A stretch of DNA of 64,000 nucleotides. Origin: a virus (Duplodnaviria; Caudoviricetes). This document shows positions 49,436 to 59,401 of this stretch, piece by piece (the first letter of the stretch is position 1; the number at the start of each line of letters is the position of its first letter). The notes under the pieces are model-generated. The model had not been told where the DNA came from, did not search any database, and worked only from the letters and a program-made list of their open reading frames with translations. Both the position numbers and the translations under genes were made by a program. The stretch lies in the IMG/VR virus record IMGVR_UViG_3300023174_005626, positions 45,483 to 109,482 of that record; one strand, 5' to 3'.

Positions 49436-51247
49436 TTATCTTAACTCTTTTAAGTCAAATGTTCTAACTCCATCAACTGTGATTCTACCATAGAATCTGT
49501 TGTTCACCATTTTCTTAGCGTATCTAGTCATGATACCTTTGATTGGTGTGAAGTTAAATGGATTGTACATAGTTGGAGTAAGTTGTAAAGGTACATATGG
49601 TGCGTAAATGTAACCAGTGTCTAATAAAGACGTACCTTTATGTCCAATCAACACTTGGTTTGGTGGGAAGTAAGGGTCTCTATAAACTTGGTATCTACCA
49701 GCTAAAGTACCTACTCTCTCAATACCCATGTTGTATTGGTCTTGCTCTGGAGCCGCATTTGATACGTGGAAATATTCCAAATCATCAAAAATTGCACTGA
49801 TTTCAGAAGAAACCACAATCCAGTTAGCACCACCTCTTAAGGTAGACTTGTGAATTTGTGCAGATAATTGGTTGATTGCAGTAATCAATGTTTGGTTCCA
49901 GTCTTTTTGTGTGTAAGGTTGAGCGTTACCGCCTAATCTCTTCCAACCGTTGTAATCCCATCTTAAGTTCCAAGCCGCACCTTTTCTAAGGTCTCTCAAG
50001 ATTTCTCTATCAATTTCAGCTGCAACTTGCTCAGATAATAAAGCTGTTAATTCAGCTTCAGCATCAATGTTGTGGAATGCTGCAACGTCTTGTGCCATTT
50101 CTGGAGACCATTGAGCTCTTAATTTTCTTTCAGTTACAGAAACTGTTACTGACATAAGGTCAAACGAAACCTCACCGATTCTATCTTCAAATTCTAAGTT
50201 CTTATAGATTCTATAAGTCGCTGAGAATGCGTTATTATTTGCAGTTGAAGAAGAGAATGTTGAACCTGTATAACCGTCCATAGAACCACCACAAGTGATA
50301 CATACTGGAACTTGTAAATCAACTTCTAAATAAATTTGACCGTTTACATCACAAATGTTATCATATTGACCACCATCTGTTAATGAGTTAGGGAAAACTG
50401 CAGTTTGGTTGTTGTTACCATATTGAACAATACCTTTACCATATCTTTGAGTTACAACTCTGAATAAGTAAGGACCACCACCTGCGGTTGTTGTGTTTGT
50501 AGAAACACCATTGATTGTTAAATCAGCTAAGAAAGCTTCAGTATCAATTGGGTTACCGTCTGGACCGATTAATTTTCCTGCTGCAACTTGAGCAAAACCT
50601 GACATAATAACTAATACTTTTCTGTAATCAGTCAAAGCGTATGCTGCTGGTTCAAGGTTTAAAGTTGTATTGTTCCATTGTGCTGTAACAACTGTAGTTA
50701 CCGCAGATGTAATAGAACTAAACTGTCCTTTAGAATAATCATATAAACCTGGAGGGTCTAATGCAGGTTCGTTACCTTCGTAGAATCTATCATAAAGGTC
50801 TCTTCCTGTATTATAATCATATCCAGCGTTTGGTGATGCAGGACCACTTGGTGCTCCGTAAGGAGGATAATGTATTCCTTGGTTGTCATCTTGACCACCA
50901 CCTACTTCGTAAGATTGAATGTTAGGTACAAAGTAGAATAATTTACCGATTGGTAAGTTCATCGCTTGTACTGAAACGATATCGTTTGCTAATAATTTAG
51001 AGAAAACTCTTCTAACGATAGGGAAAACAACTGTTTCAAATGCACCTGTATCAGATGTAGATGATGCTTCATTGATTAAAAATGATGCTTGGTTTTCGTA
51101 AAGTTGAGCTACGTTTTCTCTCATGTGACCTTTAAGACCTTCTAAAAAGCCTAATTTGTCCCATTTGTTGATTGTGTCTTCTTTGATAACTTTAAGGTGC
51201 TTAAGACCGATGTTACCAACAAGACCTGATTCTAATAATGCTCCCAT
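49436..51247 (-). CDS. gp23: Major capsid protein (T4 gp23-like)
   Basis: VRRVFSKLLANDIVSVQAMNLPIG, RKLRAQWSPEMAQDVAAFHNIDAEAEL, EIDREIL, YAPYVPL, GIMTRY. Confidence 0.96.
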   Translation of the reverse strand: MGALLESGLVGNIGLKHLKVIKEDTINKWDKLGFLEGLKGHMRENVAQLYENQASFLINEASSTSDTGAFETVVFPIVRRVFSKLLANDIVSVQAMNLPIGKLFYFVPNIQSYEVGGGQDDNQGIHYPPYGAPSGPASPNAGYDYNTGRDLYDRFYEGNEPALDPPGLYDYSKGQFSSITSAVTTVVTAQWNNTTLNLEPAAYALTDYRKVLVIMSGFAQVAAGKLIGPDGNPIDTEAFLADLTINGVSTNTTTAGGGPYLFRVVTQRYGKGIVQYGNNNQTAVFPNSLTDGGQYDNICDVNGQIYLEVDLQVPVCITCGGSMDGYTGSTFSSSTANNNAFSATYRIYKNLEFEDRIGEVSFDLMSVTVSVTERKLRAQWSPEMAQDVAAFHNIDAEAELTALLSEQVAAEIDREILRDLRKGAAWNLRWDYNGWKRLGGNAQPYTQKDWNQTLITAINQLSAQIHKSTLRGGANWIVVSSEISAIFDDLEYFHVSNAAPEQDQYNMGIERVGTLAGRYQVYRDPYFPPNQVLIGHKGTSLLDTGYIYAPYVPLQLTPTMYNPFNFTPIKGIMTRYAKKMVNNRFYGRITVDGVRTFDLKELR

Positions 51248-51269
51248 TTTAGTATTTGTTTTGTTTTAT

Positions 51270-52886
51270 TTATTTTATTTTTGTCATCAAATCCTTCATT
51301 CTTAAAAATTGAGGATTTTCGTACGTTTTTGATTCAATTAAAGTTGTTGCTGAACCTGAAGACATTGTGTTATTGATTGTTTTTTCAACTGATTCATTAA
51401 CTGATTTAGTTTCTGTTTTTCCTAACTCATCTTTTAAAGACTTGTAAAGATTTTTAGATTCTTTAAGAGTTTCAACATCGTCAAATCTTCTTAAGATATT
51501 GATTTTCTCTTTTTTAGTTGTTGAATGCTCTGTAAACAATCTTGTAGCATATGCCAAGTTTGAGTTGAATATAGCAACTTCATTAAGTTTTTCTCTGAAA
51601 ACATTTAAAGCTTTTCTATATTCTTCATTCTTTTCTCTTAACATTCTTACTTCAGCCTCAAGAGATTCTACCTTAACACCACTATTACTGTAAACATAGT
51701 TTCTGTTGTTAGTGATACCTTTTCTTAAACCTCTACCTTCTTTTGAACCGTTACCAAAAGTTCTTGCAGCTTCTTTAGTTTCTGCCTTCTTAACAACTTT
51801 TGATTTTCCTTCCATATTTGCTCCCTTCTTGTATTCAAACTTAGCCTTTCCAGTTCCCATTGTTTTAGGACCTTCTTTTTTATCGTCTTTAAAACCACCT
51901 TTACCAGATGATTTGTAAGAGAATTTAGGACCATGACCAAGACCAACACCTTTAGGTTTTTTAACTGCTAATTTTTTGCCCTCTCCAACATATTGTGGGT
52001 TGTAAGATTCCTCCAAATCGTCTTCATCGTCAGACTCATCCATTTCCATTTCTTCAGACTCATCCATTTCCATTTCTTCAGATTCGTCCATTTCCATTTC
52101 TTCAGATTCATCTAATTCTTCGTCATCAGATTCGTTGAATTCAATTTCATAGACAACTTCGTCCATGTCTTCTTCTTCATCCATTTCATAGTCTTTGTAG
52201 TGTCCGTCAACATCGCCAAGTTTGTGACCATCACGTCTTTTAAACTCGTGTTCTTTGCTGCCCCACTCTTCGTCCATGTCTTCAGTTTCTTCCATTTCTC
52301 CACCACCGAAGATTGCGTTGATAACGTCTTCAGTTGATGCATCTTGACTATCGTCAGAATCATCAAAATTTAAGTCCATGTTTTCTTTAATTTTCATTTT
52401 TTTTGTTTTTGATTTTTCCTTTGATTCGCCAAGCTTTACAAGATATTCTACATCGGCGTCATTGTCTGTTAAGTGAACGTTTTCACCATCTTTTTTAACG
52501 ATGATTCCATCTTCTTCACCCATAGCTTTGAACACCTTAAGAATTTCTTCGTCAGAAGCGTCTGTTAAATCTATTGGAGTTTCTTCGGAATCCATGTCCA
52601 TATCAATGTCCATATCATCCACATTATCTGCGTCTAAATCAACGTCATCTTCAACATCAATGTCTGTATCCATCTCTGTGTCTACATCATCTTCTGTGTC
52701 ATCTACGTCAATTTCAGCATCTAAGTCAACCTCATCTTGTTCAGAAAGAGATTCTTTTACTAATTGATTGATTTCTTCCTTCATAGTAGAAGCAAGTATT
52801 CCTTTTGCATTTTCGGCGATAGCTTCTTCAACATTTTTCATTTGAATAAGTGCCTCCTCAACTGGATTTTTTTTAGTTTCTTGCAT
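51270..52886 (-). CDS. Prohead core scaffold protein
   Basis: Highly acidic, immediately upstream of the capsid gene; many (I/L/M)xE sites; LNEVAIFNSNLAYATRLF. Confidence 0.8.
   Translation of the reverse strand: MQETKKNPVEEALIQMKNVEEAIAENAKGILASTMKEEINQLVKESLSEQDEVDLDAEIDVDDTEDDVDTEMDTDIDVEDDVDLDADNVDDMDIDMDMDSEETPIDLTDASDEEILKVFKAMGEEDGIIVKKDGENVHLTDNDADVEYLVKLGESKEKSKTKKMKIKENMDLNFDDSDDSQDASTEDVINAIFGGGEMEETEDMDEEWGSKEHEFKRRDGHKLGDVDGHYKDYEMDEEEDMDEVVYEIEFNESDDEELDESEEMEMDESEEMEMDESEEMEMDESDDEDDLEESYNPQYVGEGKKLAVKKPKGVGLGHGPKFSYKSSGKGGFKDDKKEGPKTMGTGKAKFEYKKGANMEGKSKVVKKAETKEAARTFGNGSKEGRGLRKGITNNRNYVYSNSGVKVESLEAEVRMLREKNEEYRKALNVFREKLNEVAIFNSNLAYATRLFTEHSTTKKEKINILRRFDDVETLKESKNLYKSLKDELGKTETKSVNESVEKTINNTMSSGSATTLIESKTYENPQFLRMKDLMTKIK
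52028..52110. repeat. 24-bp tandem repeat encoding (MDESEEME)n in the scaffold
   Basis: catccatttccatttcttcagact-like units x3. Confidence 0.85.
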
Positions 52887-52943
52887 GAAAATATTTAATT
52901 ATTTAACTAATAAATAGTGTCAAAACATAAAAAAGTTGATTTT

Positions 52944-53267
52944 TTATATTTGAACAAACGGTCTATTTTGATATTGTAGGTTTTGTAAGCTTTTTCCTGT
53001 TTGAGAATTCACCCAAGAAATAACATTAGCATAAGTATCATAGATTATATATGATGAAATCATACTTGTAACATCATCCTTTAAACCTACATTATAAGAT
53101 TCACTTGAAGATGTGTTATTACCAATAAAATTTTGGTTTTGAATATTAATAGAACTGATAGAATCACCAGTTCCTTCAAGGTATGCAACGCAACTACTCC
53201 AAGTATTTCCGCTGATTAATTTATTTGAATTTATACCTGATATTTGTAATGAGCAACTGAATAACAT
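52944..53267 (-). CDS. Hypothetical protein with internal two-fold repeat
   Basis: 107 aa Ser/Asn-rich; the I/LQ.QN motif ends both halves; TATTTAT upstream. Confidence 0.6.
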   Translation of the reverse strand: MLFSCSLQISGINSNKLISGNTWSSCVAYLEGTGDSISSINIQNQNFIGNNTSSSESYNVGLKDDVTSMISSYIIYDTYANVISWVNSQTGKSLQNLQYQNRPFVQI

Positions 53268-53300
53268 ATTTTTTAATTTACTATAAATATGTTCTTAAAT

Positions 53301-53326
53301 AAAAAAAAGTGGTACAAGACCACTTT
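53301..53326 (-). terminator. Intrinsic terminator
   Basis: aaagtggt/accacttt stem plus A8 on the plus strand (U-run on minus). Confidence 0.75.
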
Positions 53327-53534
53327 ATTCAATTACTTCGTCAATTTTACTTTCCGAAACTGAGGTTATTCTCCAATCGTGAGTAAAACCTTCATATCTT
53401 TTTGTGACTTTTGCTTCCACATCTGTCACTGAAAAACCCTTAACAAGTTTCTCTTCTCTAATTTTTTTGATTTTACCAGAATTCTCATCAGGTAAATCGT
53501 ACTGAATTTTTGCTACAAAAAATTTTTCGTCCAT
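53325..53534 (-). CDS. DUF4494-like small protein
   Basis: FVAKIQY...GKIKKIREEKLV..SVTDVEA...ITSVSESKIDEV. Confidence 0.65.
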   Translation of the reverse strand: MDEKFFVAKIQYDLPDENSGKIKKIREEKLVKGFSVTDVEAKVTKRYEGFTHDWRITSVSESKIDEVIE

Positions 53535-53538
53535 AATA

Positions 53539-54261
53539 TTATTTTCCCAAAAAATCGTTCAATTTTTTCATTAAGTCAAGAGACTTATCCATTGAACCTG
53601 TTTGAGATTGTTGTTTGTGTTTTATTTCTTCTTCTAAATTTTCTTCGTATTTGTTTCTATCATCAGGATTAGAGAATAAATAAGCTCCTGGTGTTGATGG
53701 TGATGATACTAAGTCAAAACAAATTAACTCAAAATCATCTTGAACTTCATTTCTTTCCCCTACTTTTTTTAAAGAACCAACTCCTCTTGAAGAAACTCCC
53801 ATAGTTACTCCTTGTCTCATTAAGTTCGCTGCTTGGTCTCCTTTAGTTGACACAATACCTCTTTCATGAAATCCTGGTGATGTTAACAATTTAAGTTTAC
53901 CCATCAAAATATTTTTATCCCACCATATATCAGTAATGATGTGTGATACTCTATCTAAATCAATTAAAGATGATTCAGGGTGATTCAATTCTGAAGTAGA
54001 TAAACCTTTAGCTATTGCTTTTTTATAATTTTCGGCTTCTCTTTTTAAAATCCTTTCAGGATAAAATCTACCGTTTCTATTTGGAGTATCGTATTTTTGA
54101 AGAACCGCATAAAATTCAAATGGATTTCTGTAATCCATATTAGCCGCTTCTTTTAAAATGTCCGCATTAAGTCTGTCTTTTGGAGATACATGACCTGCAT
54201 CCATTTCAATTAATATACCATGACCAATTTCGCTAGCCTCTAAAATTCTTAAATTTTTCAT
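53539..54261 (-). CDS. gp21: Prohead core protease (T4 gp21-like)
   Basis: NRNGRFYP, ELNHP, VSHII, GVSSRGVGSL, DLVSSPSTPGAY. Confidence 0.93.
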   Translation of the reverse strand: MKNLRILEASEIGHGILIEMDAGHVSPKDRLNADILKEAANMDYRNPFEFYAVLQKYDTPNRNGRFYPERILKREAENYKKAIAKGLSTSELNHPESSLIDLDRVSHIITDIWWDKNILMGKLKLLTSPGFHERGIVSTKGDQAANLMRQGVTMGVSSRGVGSLKKVGERNEVQDDFELICFDLVSSPSTPGAYLFSNPDDRNKYEENLEEEIKHKQQSQTGSMDKSLDLMKKLNDFLGK

Positions 54262-54297
54262 CTAATCTTTTATGATAAATATACGGTATTGATAAGT

Positions 54298-54738
54298 TTA
54301 TTCTTTATTGTCTTTTTTAGAATTTGAAAACTCAAAATGTTTGTTCTCCACAATGTTGTTTTTAAAAATGTTTCTTACGATTTGTTTTACAGAATCTTTA
54401 ATTTCATTTGATTTAAAATCTAATTCAGATATTGTAAAAAGATTTACTTCTAAGTTAAAAAAGGATTTTTTTCCGTGGGATATTCCACTTGTCCTTAAAT
54501 CTAAATCAACAATACTTTTTTCTTGAAAAATTTTTTGATTGATTGAATTAAATACGGAATGTTTAATTTCTCTGTTTAAGTTCCCAACAATACGAATCCA
54601 GTTTTCGGTATCATACTTTGGTGTAATCCATGATTGGATGTTAATATATACAGATTTTAGGTTTTTGGAATCAACTGTTCCATAGATTGATTTAATAGGA
54701 TTGTATAAATTCAACTTTACACTTTTGCCTTTTTTCAT
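54298..54738 (-). CDS. Hypothetical protein
   Basis: 146 aa; YGTVD, IVDLDLRTSGI. Confidence 0.65.
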   Translation of the reverse strand: MKKGKSVKLNLYNPIKSIYGTVDSKNLKSVYINIQSWITPKYDTENWIRIVGNLNREIKHSVFNSINQKIFQEKSIVDLDLRTSGISHGKKSFFNLEVNLFTISELDFKSNEIKDSVKQIVRNIFKNNIVENKHFEFSNSKKDNKE

Positions 54739-54835
54739 TAATTTTCATTGTTATTATGTTTATTTTCATTAAAAAAATAACACATATAACTGTCAATGTC
54801 AAAAATTTTTTAAGTTTTGAAGATATTTGTAAGAT

Positions 54836-55021
54836 ATGCTAATAATAGAAATTAAAAACGGAGAGAATATTGAAAAAGCTCTCAAAACACTTAAGTCAAA
54901 AGTAATTAAGACTAAACAGAATCAAAAACTTTTAGGCAGAAAAGAATTCACTAAGCCTTCTGTTGTAAACAGAAAGAAGATTTTAAAGGCAATTTATATT
55001 CAGAAAAAAAGAATATCTTAA
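54836..55021 (+). CDS. rpsU: Ribosomal protein bS21
   Basis: MLIIEIKNGENIEKALK..K.K...RKEFTKPSV..R...KAIY, Bacteroidota-type bS21; antisense within the head module. Confidence 0.9.
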   Translation: MLIIEIKNGENIEKALKTLKSKVIKTKQNQKLLGRKEFTKPSVVNRKKILKAIYIQKKRIS

Positions 55022-55716
55022 ATTGACCCTTCTAAATTTTTAAGTTTTAAGAAATTAACTTGGTCAAACTTTTCAGTCTTAAGTCTGTCAATTGTTTCAG
55101 AAATTTTTGTTTTTAACTCAAATTCTTCTTCTTTATCTAAAATAGATTGTAATTTAGTAATAGTACTTTCTTTTAAATTTTCAAACTTTGTCTCAAGAGA
55201 TTTAGAATCTTCAGAAATTAATTGAAAAAATTCTTTTTTAGTATTTTCATCTAAAGTCTCAATATAAGTTCTTAAAGTTTGATTTGCAATATTAACCATA
55301 GATTTGATTGGTATATTGATTGATTCCTTAATTGTTTTTGAATTAGATGTTAATATAGAAATTATATTTTTCTTTGATTGAATTCTCTCATGAAGATTTA
55401 ATTTGTTAGTATAAACTAACGTATCAATATCAGAATATTTGTTTTCGGCTGATTCTTCTAAAGTTTTTGGAAGTTTAATTGATGGTAAAATTTTACCTAA
55501 AAGACTTACACCTTCCTCTAAAAAATCTTTTGCATCAGATTCTGATAATCCCTGAGGTGTACTTAATTGGTCATACACGGAATAAGCCTTTGAAATAGAC
55601 TTATCATTCAAAACATTGTGTTTGAATTCTCTCAAAGATTTCTTGAATTCTTTTTCGTTCTGATACGACTCAAGAAGATTTTTTTCAATTATGGATTTTA
55701 TTTTACCGAAGGTCAT
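55018..55716 (-). CDS. Hypothetical head-module protein
   Basis: 232 aa downstream of portal; LLE/LEE/IKE sites; TATTTAT upstream. Confidence 0.65.
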   Translation of the reverse strand: MTFGKIKSIIEKNLLESYQNEKEFKKSLREFKHNVLNDKSISKAYSVYDQLSTPQGLSESDAKDFLEEGVSLLGKILPSIKLPKTLEESAENKYSDIDTLVYTNKLNLHERIQSKKNIISILTSNSKTIKESINIPIKSMVNIANQTLRTYIETLDENTKKEFFQLISEDSKSLETKFENLKESTITKLQSILDKEEEFELKTKISETIDRLKTEKFDQVNFLKLKNLEGSI

Positions 55717-55737
55717 CTTAATATTTTTTAATAAATA

Positions 55738-57597
55738 TTAGGAATTTAGTAACTTATCCAATTCTTTTGAAATTTCTCCTAAAGATTCTTGTCCATGACC
55801 TAAATCTATGAATGTTGAACCGTCAATTAAGTTACTTTCAATCAACATGTTTAAGCTATTTAATTTTGACTCAGGTATTGGTGGTTCTCCTTCAGTTGGT
55901 GGTGGAGGAGCTTCTCCTCCTAATTCTTCACCTCCTGGAGGTGGTGGCGGTGGTGGTGCCCCTGAGTCTCCACCTGGAGGAGGTCCTAATTCTTCTGTTC
56001 CACCTGGAGTTGTTGATGCTCCCGCTGATGGCGTAGAACCCGAAGGACTTCCGTAAAGTTTGTCAATATTATCAAAAATACCTGTTTTAGTAATAACAGT
56101 TGGAGTTGCTTTAAGTTCTTCTCCAACGGCTCTTTCAATTCTTTGTTGTTGTAAGTCAAGTCTAATTTCTTCGTCTGACCAACCAAAAATGTGTTTCTTA
56201 GCCCAAGTAGATGATGTTGCCTGAATACCATTTCCAGGGTCAGCAACCAAGTCTTTATATAATAATATTTTTTCTTTCCAAATATCTACTTTAAGTAAAT
56301 CTGCTTGTGTAGATGGGTTAGTTAATCCTAATGTGAAGTTTTGTAATTCGTCTTCAAATCCTAATAAGAATAAATGTACAATTGCAATCTTATTAAGTTC
56401 TTGAATCATGCTTTTTTGAATTCTATTAATCGTACGGGCAAATCTGATATCTTGTAACGCCAAATTTTTTCCGTCACCAACAACTTCTTCAAATCCTAAA
56501 AATGCTTTAGGTACACGAAGAGCTGTTAATAATTTCTTTTGAATATATTCAATATCTGCAATTTCTGATAGGTTTGTTGCCCCTGGTAATGTATCAATTG
56601 GGCTTGGTGCCGCTGGGTCTCTAACAGGAACAAAATAATCTTGGTCAACTGCCATTTGATTAAATCTCATATCTACGTTACCTGTCTTACTATCAACAAT
56701 TTGTTCTCTTTTAAATTTGTTTGCAACACGTTGTACATATGCCTCAACATCATCATCATTCATATTTCCAACAAATACCTTAAAGATTCTTCTTTCAGGT
56801 GCTCTTGAAGTTCTATAGATTAACATCGCATCTTCACACAATAAAAGTTGTTTCCAAGTTCTTCTTGCTTTTTCTAACATAGAAGTACCATAAGGAAGTT
56901 TTCTATCATCACCTAATAATCTAAAATGAGCAATTTCCCATGATTGAAATTCCATGTTTTTGTTCTTCCAAGTAAAATGTAATGCTTTTTTATCTTTGTC
57001 TAATTCTTTTGTAATATCTACCGAAATCTTTTGACTAACTCCAACTTCATGTCTTTCAATTTCAATTGTTGGTAATTGTTGAACACCAACAACTCCTTTC
57101 TCAGGGTCTAATTTCAAATACACAAAGTTATCACCATACTTACAAGTGTTTCTTGTCCACATAGGTAAGTTAGTGTTAATGTCTAATGCATTGTTAAATA
57201 AATCGGCTAATACACCCTTAATTCTTTTTGATTCAGAATAAATTTGTAATATAAATCCATCTTCATTTGTTGTTGTAGATTCTTCAGCATAAATGTCCAA
57301 AGCGGCAGAAATCTCAGGAGTATATTCCATTGATTCATAATCATACTGAGAAGATAATCTTGTTGGCTCATAATAAATTGCTTGAGAATATAAGTTATTC
57401 TCAACTTTAGCCCATTGATTTGCTAAATAAAAAGTTTGTTGTGCTTGAAGTTTTTCGGTTTCGTATTCTTGTTTGTCTGTTGTACGCAACAATTCCTTTT
57501 TATCAAACTTAAATGTTGGATAATCTTGTCCTAAAAGTGAATTAGGTCCAAATGTTTGCGACAATCGTTGCCAAACTGTCATGTTCTGTTCTGCCAT
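55738..57597 (-). CDS. gp20: Portal protein (T4 gp20-like)
   Basis: PEISAALDIYAEE, YGTSMLE, EDAMLIYRTSRAPERRIF, IDTLPG, ALRVPK. Confidence 0.95.
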   Translation of the reverse strand: MAEQNMTVWQRLSQTFGPNSLLGQDYPTFKFDKKELLRTTDKQEYETEKLQAQQTFYLANQWAKVENNLYSQAIYYEPTRLSSQYDYESMEYTPEISAALDIYAEESTTTNEDGFILQIYSESKRIKGVLADLFNNALDINTNLPMWTRNTCKYGDNFVYLKLDPEKGVVGVQQLPTIEIERHEVGVSQKISVDITKELDKDKKALHFTWKNKNMEFQSWEIAHFRLLGDDRKLPYGTSMLEKARRTWKQLLLCEDAMLIYRTSRAPERRIFKVFVGNMNDDDVEAYVQRVANKFKREQIVDSKTGNVDMRFNQMAVDQDYFVPVRDPAAPSPIDTLPGATNLSEIADIEYIQKKLLTALRVPKAFLGFEEVVGDGKNLALQDIRFARTINRIQKSMIQELNKIAIVHLFLLGFEDELQNFTLGLTNPSTQADLLKVDIWKEKILLYKDLVADPGNGIQATSSTWAKKHIFGWSDEEIRLDLQQQRIERAVGEELKATPTVITKTGIFDNIDKLYGSPSGSTPSAGASTTPGGTEELGPPPGGDSGAPPPPPPPGGEELGGEAPPPPTEGEPPIPESKLNSLNMLIESNLIDGSTFIDLGHGQESLGEISKELDKLLNS

Positions 57598-57634
57598 ATT
57601 ACAATTTTACTTATTACCTTGATAATATAAATAG

Positions 57635-59395
57635 TTATTTGGCACCAAATAACCATCCATATTTTTGATAATCGGCTTTAGTGGCTGCTTGGTTGTTATA
57701 TGGGTTTTGTCTTCCCATTTGAGGAATCATTGGATTAAAGTAATCTGAAGTATTTTTATTCTCATTAACAACTGATGTCCAAGAATTTAACATCGCCTTT
57801 GTATGATTAACCACTTTTTGTAAAGATTGGAATGATTTTTCTGCAACATATATTGCCATAGAAATACCCATAATACAGTCATCGTGATGACCTTTTTGGT
57901 GGTCAGGTCTACCATTTACGTAAATAAATGTGTTCATTTCGTTATATAATCTGTGTGAATATATTTTAAAATCGTGTCTACATGCCTCTTCCAGTGCGGC
58001 AATAATTTGAACTCTTTTATTGTTAAAATTAATACCAGGTATTTTTTCATTCATTTTTGGGTCCCACTTCCACTTATTATTTGGGTCAACATTATCAACG
58101 TACATTCCTCCTTGATACCCCATTTCTTGCATTTTTCTTGCTGTTGCAACTCCCATTCCGCCCGTTAAATCCACAACACAATATGCCGTATACATACTTC
58201 CCCACTTATAAGCAATTTCTGCAGTAATATCTGGAGGAACCTTTCCAACATATTCAAGTACTTGTTCTCTTGTGTCAAAATCAATTATTTGAATGCTACT
58301 AAAATCTTCAGAGTCACCTCTTGATACGTCCACACCCATAACATATTTATGATTATTTTCTGGTTCTTTAAAAATCCAAAGTGAACCACCCATCATTTTA
58401 GCCAAAGGCTCCCTCAATTGATTTTTAGAAATATTTTGCATTAACTCAGAATCAAAAACGTTATCACCTGAACCCAAGAAATTACATTCCAATTCCTGAG
58501 CCACTTTTCTCCTATCAAATTTCAACTTTTTAACCATACTTTCAAACCAAGCTGAACATGGTTTGTATCCTTGATTTATATAATCAGTTGTTATTGCGTG
58601 GTCTCGTTCATACGGATTGTCAATGGATAAATCCACAACAACATCTTTGGCATAATCTTCTCTATTCAACAGAAAGTGAACTAAATCATTTGTTTTAACC
58701 ATATACAAATCTTTAGTATATCTTGGGTCACGATACCAATACATTTCAGAAATTTTGAAGTCATTCATATTTCTTAATGCTTGGTCATAAATTTCATAAT
58801 AAATTGCATCGTACCCATTTGGTGTAGATACAACAATAACCTTACCACCCGTAGATAGTGAGGCCATACACGCTGACCAGAAATCTCCGTCAGCCTCAAT
58901 GAACGCAGCCTCATCAAAAATAAGAATAGTCGGGGTATAACCTCTCAACGCATCCTTTGATGTTGCAACCGCCTTAACTTCACAGTCATTAGTAAGTTTA
59001 AAATGTCTTTGTGCGTTTTTGTCAGGTGAAAATCCAACACCTACCCAAGCTGGCCATTGTTCTGTAAAATTTCTAATTTTGTTAGCCATCTCAACTGATG
59101 TATCTAACTTGTTGGCAATAATTAGAATTTTTTCTGGCTTTTGTTTTTTAGCGAATACAAGTTTTTTTGATGCCCATGCAGCTGTAACGGTTGATACACC
59201 AGCCTGACGATACTTTAAGGCAATGTTTTCATTGTGGGAATCGTAGTCTTCAATAAGTCTTACTTGGTCAGGAAAAAGGTCCAATGGAACATACTTTGAT
59301 ACTGTGTTATCGTATGTCTGTAAATAAGTACGAAGTGCGTAAGGAGTATTCCTCATACACTTCGTAACTTCTATAATTAATTGTTCTTTAGTCAC
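57635..59395 (-). CDS. terL: Terminase large subunit
   Basis: KYRQAGVST Walker A, FDEAAF Walker B, STPNG, QELEC.F, GVDVSRG, HDDCIM. Confidence 0.95.
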   Translation of the reverse strand: MTKEQLIIEVTKCMRNTPYALRTYLQTYDNTVSKYVPLDLFPDQVRLIEDYDSHNENIALKYRQAGVSTVTAAWASKKLVFAKKQKPEKILIIANKLDTSVEMANKIRNFTEQWPAWVGVGFSPDKNAQRHFKLTNDCEVKAVATSKDALRGYTPTILIFDEAAFIEADGDFWSACMASLSTGGKVIVVSTPNGYDAIYYEIYDQALRNMNDFKISEMYWYRDPRYTKDLYMVKTNDLVHFLLNREDYAKDVVVDLSIDNPYERDHAITTDYINQGYKPCSAWFESMVKKLKFDRRKVAQELECNFLGSGDNVFDSELMQNISKNQLREPLAKMMGGSLWIFKEPENNHKYVMGVDVSRGDSEDFSSIQIIDFDTREQVLEYVGKVPPDITAEIAYKWGSMYTAYCVVDLTGGMGVATARKMQEMGYQGGMYVDNVDPNNKWKWDPKMNEKIPGINFNNKRVQIIAALEEACRHDFKIYSHRLYNEMNTFIYVNGRPDHQKGHHDDCIMGISMAIYVAEKSFQSLQKVVNHTKAMLNSWTSVVNENKNTSDYFNPMIPQMGRQNPYNNQAATKADYQKYGWLFGAK

Positions 59396-59401
59396 AAATT
59401 A

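Noticed and set aside
52028-52110. 24-bp tandem repeat as a possible regulatory or iteron array
   Set aside because: Encodes MDESEEME repeats within the scaffold ORF
7724-59395. Inteins or introns in PolB, TerL or capsid genes
   Set aside because: Continuous ORFs of ordinary size with no C...HN intein ends or LAGLIDADG motifs seen
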